From Epiperipatus broadwayi (taxonomy: Eukaryota; Animalia; Onychophora), in NCBI GenBank assembly GCA_028023455.1, contig JAQFVV010000010.1, forward strand, positions 12,834,001 through 12,898,000: DNA of 64,000 nt, in the 5' to 3' direction. Positions 54,483 through 64,000 of this stretch are shown piece by piece. The first letter of the stretch is position 1; each line of letters starts with the position of its first letter. Made by a program: the position numbers and the translations under genes. The notes below the pieces were generated by a model. It was not told the origin of the DNA and searched no databases. It worked only from the letters and a program-made list of their open reading frames with translations.

Positions 54483-54850
54483 GAATGCCTTTACTTAAAA
54501 GTATCTCGGCCTCAGAGTGGCCTTTGAGCATTCCATCATCAGATTTTCAATTGGATGGATGGTTGAAGAGTTGGAGTGTGGAGTAGATTGAAGCCTGTCC
54601 ATTAAAGTATGAGGTTTGGCTATTTTAATATATATCTGAGCACTTATAACATATGTGTAGAGATGGTAATCTGGACCAACTGATGATTGCTGGTTTAGCA
54701 TGAAATACGTATATTGGTGATTATTTATCTTTTCAACATATATGTGTTCAGGTGTATCAGTGTTATGAGATAGTGTGGAGAGTGGTGGGTGGTGTGAAAG
54801 TCTGTGCTCGTATACCCTATATATTACATATATAGACACTGGTATATAAT
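54483..54850 (-). mobile_element. Penelope-like element 3' fragment (GIY-YIG endonuclease C-terminus)
   Basis: ORF 54495-54839 reads RVYEHR..STLSHNTDTPEH..MLNQ..PDY..IYIKIAKPHTL, matching by eye the PLE pattern R.KEH..S.L..H...GH..IL..PNY..I.IK..KP.LN. HHR motifs are associated with it. Confidence 0.6.
54667..54723 (+). ncRNA. Type I hammerhead ribozyme motif
   Basis: Stem I TAATC-(TGG bulge)-ACCAA / TTGGT-GATTA; core CTGATGA; stem II TGCT/AGCA with U.U at 10.1-11.1; GAAA; palindromic stem III ATACGTAT; cleavage triplet AUA. Confidence 0.75.
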
Positions 54851-55424
54851 AAGCCTGTGTTTCAGTTAAAACAGAGAGAAGTTGAATATTTTTACAACTC
54901 TTGAAAAAATATGTTCAGTCTTGTTGTAAACAGAATTTTATTTTTAATTTTTTAAAAAATTTCTTTCAGTTTTAAATTAAAAAATGATAAAGTACAAATT
55001 TTATTTGAGTGATGTAATAAGGTTTTGTAAAATATTTTTTTTTTTTTTGTACTAATCAAGTTATATGATTAAATTAAAATATCTTGCTACAAGTGAATTT
55101 TTATCATGTTTTACTATATTATCTGGTAAAAATAAAAAAATTTATACATAGCAAAATGTCTATTGTTGATATTAAAACTCAAGTTTGCACTTTCATGTAT
55201 CATCCTATTAAATTGATAAAGTTGATATTTTAGACTAATCTCATTATCTTTTAATAAATAGTTAGAAAAGTGTAACTTCAGGTCTTTTTAATTCTATTGT
55301 TAATTGAAATGCTGTCAATCTCTAACTATATTGTAGTATTTTATTATTAATGAAAAAATAGTGATTGTTTTTTTAATTTTATATATTTATCTCTTTTTTA
55401 CATCATCATTATTATTATTTTTAG

Positions 55425-55482
55425 GTGAACCACATATTGATGGTGATGCAGGTGATCTTCGGTTTAAAATACAAGTTTTAGA
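55425..55482 (+). CDS. DNAJB11: DNAJB11 exon 7
   Basis: tttttag|GT GAA...GA|gtaaga; (G)EPHIDGDAGDLRFKIQVL; 58 nt. Confidence 0.95.
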
Positions 55483-55546
55483 GTAAGATTATTAACATTA
55501 TATTTGGAATTTAATTTCACAATTTTTTGTTTTAAAGACTTTTTTA

Positions 55547-55939
55547 GTACTAGTCGATTAGCCACCACACGCTGCTTGATGGCTCTGTTGCTAGTCAAAA
55601 ACCAATAGATATAATGTTACCAGGCTGATTTACAATTTGTTATTATTTATTCAAAAACAAATAAATAAAACGCTTTCACCTGTTTGTTTTTTTTAAATAG
55701 GGATTTACATTTATTTTTCTTAAAAACATTTTTTTAAAAAAAAAACTGCATTTCCTTTTTTTCATTTGTAAATTACATTTTTTAATTACATTAGACATGT
55801 GCATGGAGGGAGAACACTGTTTTTGACGATTCTTTGGTTCGTCCAAAAGATGCACTACTCTGATATAACATTTTTTAATTACATTGGACCGATGGTTTTG
55901 ACTATCCAAAGCGTCGTGCGGGGGCTAATCGACTAGTAC
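55547..55939. mobile_element. MITE with 17-bp terminal inverted repeat
   Basis: GTACTAGTCGATTAGCC ... GGCTAATCGACTAGTAC; TSD either TA or GTAC. Confidence 0.8.
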
Positions 55940-57494
55940 CTTTTTTTTTTTTTTTTACAGAAGTTATATGTAGTGTTAATAAATATTTATAATTAAGTAT
56001 GAAGATTATTTATATTAATATTATTGGAGAGGAAAAAAACTAATTGCATTGGATTATGTATATTATGCATGGGCATGAATGCATAGATACATGCACTTAT
56101 TAGCTTTACTTATTGGTTTATATGAAAAAAAGTAATAAATTTATGTAAAACTTATATGAATATGCTTAGTTAGAGAAACTTGAAGTTTATTATTTCTCAG
56201 TTATTTATATTTTGTTCAAATTAAGTTTTTATGCTTGTAGACATTTTATTGAAATGAAAATTTTGGCGCTATATGAAACTAGATTTATATCTGTAATTGG
56301 AATATTTATTACTATTAACATAATACTATGCAACGCATTATAATGGAAAAAAAATTTAAATTATTCATTATTTTTTTAACAGTTTCTCATCCTCTTTTAC
56401 TTGCTGCAAACCATGACTTTATTGCCATTTAAAATTACTCGCCCTTTATCTTTTATGTAGATACATTTTTGTTATTAAACATTCAATGAAATTTATTATC
56501 TGTTCCAATCTGTTTTTGCATGTATCATTCTCAGCTTGTTTTACACACAGTCATACACATATACATATATAATCCCTTTTAATGATGTGTTTTTATTATA
56601 AAAAGTTATGTATGAATATCATATATTTATATAAAAGCACTCTTAGAATGTCATATATTTATATAAGTTGAAGATGTAGGTAATAGAATAATTTCAATGA
56701 ATATTAAATAATAACAAAAACAGCAGAACTGCATCTACAAAAAAGATATAACTTAAATCAAGTCTATTGTAAGAAGTTTTGATATCAAAATCTTGGACAA
56801 AAATGAAAAATTAATAATGCTTTGAGTATATTTATGTGAACTAATTTCACTTGCAATGAAATTTAATATTTTTTCCCCTAGGAATTGATCAATGAATATT
56901 ATAAAAGTTATGATCTTTTGATTTTTATATGAAAATTGGAAATAGGAATATTAATAGTTAAATTCAAAGATTGTATAAAAATATTAATGTTTGTTGTGCA
57001 ATAAGTACTACCAAATATACAATCTATTAAAATTTTTTCATTTAAGATTGGTAGGAAAATTTAATTTTGCTGTCAGAACTTTTGTCAGGTCTCAATACCA
57101 GAAATTTTATTTTTTCTTTGTGATACAGAATTTAACTAAATACATTGAAGAACCTCTCTTATAGAAGTTATTTTGATGGAAATCCTGAATCTTTTTTTTT
57201 TTTTTTAAATGTACTGCTTATTCATGCAAAGTATTTAATCATTTTAATGTTTAAATTGACCAATACCTGCAATTAGGATTTAGAAATATTAGCAATGATG
57301 GGATAGTGGATTCAAGATCTAAAGATTCTTGGATTGATTGCCAATAGAATGAAGTAAAAACGATCATTTGATTGGAATTATTATTATTATGCTCAGTATT
57401 GATTTGAATTTTTATAATGTTTTTTGAGATTTGATATGGGAAATTCTAGAAGAAAACTAATAATATGTAAAATTTATTTTAAATGATAAATATT

Positions 57495-57635
57495 ACATGA
57501 TCACCATTTCTTATGCTTGCTCATAACTGTTATTAAAACAGGGAAAACTCTCCATACAGTAGTGCCACTCAGTGCAAGCCAGAGTATGGCTTGCACTGAG
57601 TGGCACTACTGTATGGAGAGTTTTGCCTGTTTTAA
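57495..57635 (-). repeat. Short member of the 3090 foldback family
   Basis: 48-bp arms (1 mismatch) with a 7-nt loop (57533-57635), the same termini as the 3090 element, and the same tail in inverted orientation. Confidence 0.9.
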
Positions 57636-57923
57636 ATGATAAATAATAAATAAATTTTGAACTAATGATTAATTTGTAGACATTTTCTAAATAATTGTTA
57701 GAATTATATTTTAAAAGTAAAATTATTAATTTGTATTGTAATTAAAATCTTAAATCGTAGTAAATTATTATTAATTTGCTTTGGAGTGTATTCATTTTTA
57801 AATCATTATGTCTTATCCTTTTAAAATCTAAATTTAATAATGGATTATAGAATTTAAAAACAATTCTTAGTTTAATCTTTTATCAAAATTTACCAAATTA
57901 TATTTGTGCTTTTTTATTTTTAG

Positions 57924-58035
57924 TCATCCCATTTTTGAAAGGCGAGAGGATGATTTATATACTAACATCACTATATCTTTAGTTCAAGCATTAACTGGAT
58001 TTGAAATTGAACTATCACATTTAGATGGACATAAA
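57924..58035 (+). CDS. DNAJB11: DNAJB11 exon 8
   Basis: tttttag|T CAT...AAA|gtaaat; (D)[37 protein letters not shown]; 112 nt. Confidence 0.96.
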
Positions 58036-61000
58036 GTAAATCTCATAGTTTTAGAAACTTTTATTATGAATTAATTGTTATATTAAATATTTTGTGTATT
58101 TTTTTTACATTTGATTTGATAATTGTCAAACAAATTAAATTATGTTTAAAATATTTTGAGATACATATTTTATGTTAGTATTATAATTTACAATGTTTTG
58201 ACTAAAATGACTAATTGTTGTTAACATATTAATAATGTAAATAGTTTTGCTATTTTATTATATAGCTCTAAATATCAGACTTCATTAAAGATTATGGTAT
58301 GCTAATAAATATGAGAGATGCCTCATGGATTGTGGTCTGCATATTTGCGCTTATAGTTTAGGTGAAATGCAGAAATTTTTTTAAAATCACAAATAGGCTT
58401 AGTTTTTTTTTTGCATGTAAATGGCTATAACTATTATTAACTAGAGAGTAATGGTTTCAGGATAATCTGAATTAACTAGATAATTGCTAATATTATAATT
58501 TGATGCTATTATCAGCGCACTTCAGGGAGATACCATAGTCTTACAGATTCAGGGTTTAAATTAAATGTATCTTTTAAGAAAATATACTAGAATAAATAAA
58601 TTATTAATATGTTAGAAAGTACTGGCAAGCTACCACTCATGATAAAAGGTATTATAAACTAGAGTGTTCTTATCTTTTGTCTTCAGGTAGAATACATTAT
58701 TTACTTTTAAGTTTAGTTTTTATAGATGTTGTATTCTTAAACACATACGGTTATAGATGAAACTTTTACATTTGGAAACATTTTTCTTTATTGTAACTAA
58801 AATAAATTTTTTAATAATATATATTGTAGGAGTATATATATACTCATACATACATGTAATCAATATGTAAATGTTATATTTGCATTATTATTATACTTAT
58901 GAAAATAAATATATAACTTGTTAAGTTACTATTTTTCAGTCTTTAAAATGAAAAAAGATGTTGTTGACAAAATACTGTTGACAAGGTGATAAATGATCTC
59001 TGGGTTCACAGTTTATCAAATTAAAGGAAATGAAATTAACTTAGTGTTTTAATATCTAATTGTTATTGCAACAATGAGAATGTGTATGCTTCAGCTAGCT
59101 GATGGAGCTAGATATTATATATTAATTCTATTCTTTTTATTAGAAGACTAAGGATTATATTTATATCAGCTATGTCCTCATAAAAACTTCTACTATGTTT
59201 ATATTTTGAACAATTTAATACTCATTAGAAGAAAGTTCTTATATTTGTTCAAAGAAGGTAATCTAAATATATTTTTGTGTTCTATAAAAAATTGTTTGAA
59301 TTACGTTTTAAAATCTAAACGGCGTCTTAAAAAAAAAGAACATGTTTATAAAAACTTCATTCAAATTTAATGTACTTTACATTATAAAGAAAATGCAAAG
59401 TGGCTAGAACACAAATTTGTCATGGGATAGATAAAATGCACTTGCCTAATCAAATATATATGTGTGAATAACATCGTTTGCCAAATGCCTTAAAATTATA
59501 AAGAAATTAGATCTTCAAAATGGAATTATGAATGCCTTAAAATTATAAAAATTAGATCTTCAAAATGGAATTATAAATGTTAATAAAGGAACTTTGTATT
59601 AAGAAGATGAATATAAAGAGGAAACTAAATGTCAACTTAGGATATCCTAATATTATTCTCTTTAATGTTTAACAACAAAGGAATCAAAAAACTGCGTCTT
59701 TGAAGGATTTTCATTCGCGAGGATCTTTAACTTTTATAAATGCCATTTAAGATTTTTGAAAATTATAATTGGGAAAAGTTAATTTCATTTTCTTTATCAT
59801 CATATTCATTTTATTAAAAAAAAAAGAATAATAAGAGAGAATTACTAATTTACAATATTTTTGTTTTTATTTATGATTAATAAAGATTTAAATATCGGTT
59901 AATAAATATTAATTTGGGAAAGGGATGATGTGAACTTAGAGATAAGAGATTAAATTATTTTTAAATCCACATATTATTATTTTCTATGACATGACACTAC
60001 GTTGTTTATACTAATCTAAATAGTTTAATAACAGTAATGTATGATAAATGAACAAATGATTAACATTGTTGTGAACTATATATTTTTATATTAATAAATA
60101 TAAATTACAGACAATCATTTTAACGAATGAAGGTATTATATACAAATGATTGGATTATTATTTGTATAACCCAATTATTGTAAAATAGCGTTAATATAAA
60201 TGTCTAAATATTAGGATACTTATATTTTATATACATTGTAAAATCACGTAGTGTTATAGGTTTAGAAAATATATCTACCATAAGCAAAGAGAATGTTTAT
60301 ATTTTTAATATAAGGAGGTAGATATATAAATATTTTTTTATATATATTGTAAAATTTAAATTATTTAATTGTTAAATAAATAATTATGTTTTTTATATTA
60401 AATGAAGTCTTCAGTTTTGTTTTATTTGAATTAAAGAGTTAGTGAGATTCGTTGTTAATATAACTTTAAAATATTGATAGGAACCCCTGAAAAGAGTAAA
60501 TTGTTAAACTTCCCTGAGTTCGAAATCTGAGCATAACAGTAAAGTTAATTAAGGTGAAAATTGATTTGATGTGGTTTAGATATAACATTTTTTTAAAATA
60601 ATAAATTAGTTATTGGGAACAAATATAGTCTTATATGAAAATTAAATCACATCATTCGTGGCATCCTGTTGAGAGGGAGCATACTGTTACAATATTAATA
60701 CAAAATTTATTTTTATAAATGTTCAATTGTCATTTATTAAATTCAGTATGATCCTAATATTAATGGTCTTATATCTATGTGTCTATTTTTTATAAAAAAG
60801 TTCTTACATTAAAAGTAACAGATTACATTTGAATTTTGGTACACTTTAATGATAACATAATAAGTATCATTATGGATTAAAATAATCGAATATGCCAATA
60901 TTTGTCTAAATAAATAAAATTAGTAATAAAGGAATATCGATGAAGATTTCTCTCCATTTCTTAGGAAACACAAGTAGAGTATAGACAGACTCTAGATAAG

Positions 61001-61499
61001 TGCCTAGATTAAAATCTTTATTATAAACGTAAAAGTTTTAGAATCCCCCCCCCCCCCAATATTAAAAAGCAAATTAAGTTTTTGAATTTATATTAAAACA
61101 CAATAATCTGCAAGTATTAATTAAGCATTCTGTGATGAATGGAATGAGTTTATGAAATAACTATTTAAAAGCATTTTTCTGAAATTATTTTTTTCTCGAG
61201 TCAGGAGTTCTAAATTAGAAGTGATTTAAAAAATAATTTATTTTTATTATCATAGAAAAATTTGAAAGAGTATTAATAAATCTAATTTTAATAGATTTCT
61301 TTTTATAATATTTACAAACTTAAATAAACTTCCAGGTCCCTTTTATGTGAGCATATTCATAATATACTGTTATTTCAGAAATCAAGGGTACTTAATGAAA
61401 ACGTCTCAAACAGTATCTTTATAATTGTTGTTGTGGAACTTATTTAACTTATAATAATACTTTAAAGAGAGAAAAAAAAAAAATGATATAGTTGTTTTT

Positions 61500-62233
61500 T
61501 GCAAATAATGCTTCAGTAAATGTAGCAAGAGTTATCATATGAAAGTAGGATTAAATATAAATGTTAAAAAGTCTAAAGTAATGCTCAATGGATTTTCCCA
61601 TAGATGAAAATAAAGATTGATAATTATGAGTTAGAAGAAGTTAACAATTATAAATACCTTGGTCAGCTTACTACTACAGATGGAAACATAATGGATGAAA
61701 TTAATCATAGAATTAAACTTGGTTGATGTACTTTTGATAGAAATAACTTACTATTAAAAAGGAAATACACCTATCTGTTTGAAAAGGAAGAACTTTTAAT
61801 AAATATGTTTTCTTAGTTCTTACTTATGAATCTGAGATTTCGACACTTAACATAAGACCAATACAGAGACTTTATACCACTCAAAGAAGTATAAAGAGAT
61901 ATATGGTAGGAGTAAGAAGAAGAGATCAAAAAGAAATACATGGATAAGAGAACAAACAGAAGTTACTGCCATCATTGAAAGAATTAAGAAACTGAAGTGG
62001 GGGCTGGACCTGTTGCTAGAAAAGATGATAATAGATGGACAATTGATATCTTAAAATGGAATCCAAGAGATTGTGAAAGATCTAGAAAGAGATCACATGT
62101 GAGATAGATGAATGAAATAAGCAAGTGTGTGGGAGTGATATGTAGAAGAGAGGCTAGAAATCAGAGAAGATGGAATGAACTTGGAGAGAAGTTTATCCTG
62201 AATGGATTGATAATGGTTGAAAATGATGATGAT
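61500..62233 (+). mobile_element. 5'-truncated RTE-clade LINE (same family as 29582)
   Basis: Co-linear nucleotide similarity to 29582-30143 (YKYLGQ, ACAGATGGAAACATAATGGA, RIKLG) with a GATGAT tail; many stops. Confidence 0.9.
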
Positions 62234-63722
62234 AAATATTTCAAATGTATGGAAAATCTAATCTTGGTCTATTAAAATCTAAAATGAATTTTAAAATCTA
62301 ATAAAGATTTTTATTGGAGTCATTTTGCAATTTCAATAAATTTTAAAATGTAGGCAGATGAATATATTTATTTTTGCTTAATTTTTATTGTTAAAAAAAA
62401 ATTAATTTCAAATTAGTCATTCGATGAGTCATTTAATAACTAATTCCAGAAAATGTAATTTTTTCAAAAGTGTATATTAAAAATAAGTGAAATTCTGCAA
62501 TGGAAAAGGATTGTAACTCAAAGTAAATTGTTTTAACATATTTTCTGTCTTCTACTAGTTAATAAAACAAATTATTCAATCATTGTCACTAAAGACCTAC
62601 TTTAGAATAATGAGAATTCCCTATCTTTGAAATTAGATGATTGACTTTTAAAAAAAGCAGATGATATTATGTTTATAGAATTAATATCTCACTTCATTAC
62701 CATGAAATATGAAAATAATGTGATAGTAATGTTAATTTTGTATAACAACAAAAAAACAGTCTGATCATAATATTGATTAGCACCAAGCTAATGTAAAAGA
62801 AAAAAAAACTAGAAATGAGTTATGCTTCAAATAAATATAGAAAAGGCTGAAAAAAAATTGAGACTCTTTCTTATGTAAAAGGTGTTAAATTCTAATGAAT
62901 AGATTTTATATATTTTAGACTCATTAATTGTATAATATTAACAACTATTATCTCATTTGCTTATCAGCACTAAAAACCATCTTATTTTAAAATATAATGA
63001 ATCAATTTTAATAATTAAGCAGCTGTTCATAAATGAATATGACTATTTTTAGAAGAAAGACAAAGAATACAAACTTAAAAATGAATTATGATGACTGTAC
63101 ATTCAAGTCTGTCTATTTGATATCTTGTGATATCGACATTTAACTTATCTGCAGCAGTGATTATCATTCTAATAAAATCCATTTTGAATTTTTTTACTTT
63201 TATTTTGAACTAATAATAACTAGACAAGCTCATAATCATAAATTGCTAACTGTTCATTGTATGGTTTGTTCTTTCCCAAAGGCAGGTTAGGGTAATTAGG
63301 CACTAGAATAATATAACAAAATGCCTAATGCAGCATCTTAAATTTACACTTGCTTTATAAAATATATCATTAATTTTTATTATAAAAATATTTAACATTT
63401 CATAGTATTATCTTTTATATTAGTTTCATAATCTAATTAATATGTAGTACTTTACTTTATAACCATATATTTTGTTTGTCATAAATTTTTATATATATAT
63501 AATAGAGTAAATAAATAAAAAGCAAATAAGTCAAATGTTCCAATAATGCTAAAATAAATTTTTAAAAAGATTAAAACTATTTTGGTCATTGTATTTATTT
63601 TCTTGATATTTAGTTATCTTTTTTTAGAGATTTTGTTATAACTTAATAATTAAAATAAAAGAATAAAAACATTTATAGATTTACTAATGTAATTAATTGT
63701 AATATCTTTTTATTTTTTGTAG

Positions 63723-63882
63723 GTGAAAGTGAATAGAGACAAAATCACTTGGCCTGGTGCTAAGATTCGTAAGAAAGAAGAAGGAATGCCAAATTATGAT
63801 AATAATAATAAAATGGGAACACTTTATATTACTTTTGATGTTGACTTTCCTAAAGGTGAATTGACACTTGATGAGAAAAAAG
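63723..63882 (+). CDS. DNAJB11: DNAJB11 exon 9 (final exon lies beyond the window)
   Basis: tttgtag|GTG...G|gtaaat; [53 protein letters not shown]; 160 nt. Confidence 0.96.
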
Positions 63883-64000
63883 GTAAATATTTGTTTTTAT
63901 TATGGAATTCTTTTTTATTTTATAAATTATAGTAAACAAATTGAAATTGCATCAATTTTTTTTTCTCAAGCACCTCCCTCTCCCCTTTCTCAAACAAATG

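Noticed and set aside
54536-54542. CTGATGA on - strand as the core of the sense hammerhead
   Set aside because: It lies outside stem I of the junction and no GAAA follows the enclosed helix.
63883-63932. ORF-track extension [16 protein letters not shown]
   Set aside because: Read-through past a GTAAAT donor at the conserved intron position.

Overview
Very AT-rich eukaryotic (animal, arthropod-like) DNA with GT-AG introns. The only host gene I can support is DNAJB11 (ERdj3, ER Hsp40) on the + strand: coding exons 1-9 lie at 22781-63882 and the last exon is beyond the window. Its intron positions match those I recall for human DNAJB11. Upstream is a decayed 14.6-kb Ty3/Gypsy element on the - strand (5872-20509) with ~3.6-kb LTRs and an ATAT target-site duplication. 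Oddly, its tRNA primer-binding site sits 1.19 kb inside the 5' LTR boundary, next to a second LTR-like terminus. The introns hold RTE-clade LINE fragments, a second Gypsy-type LTR and many foldback/MITE-like palindromes. The most unusual signal is a set of hammerhead-ribozyme (HHR) motifs. A Penelope-like GIY-YIG fragment at 54.5-54.85 kb has a near-canonical HHR on the antisense strand inside its coding sequence and a decayed HHR-shaped three-way junction on the sense strand. A tRNA-box-B SINE at 48.7-48.9 kb has an HHR core directly after its head. All structural and family calls were made by eye; no database search or folding program was run.
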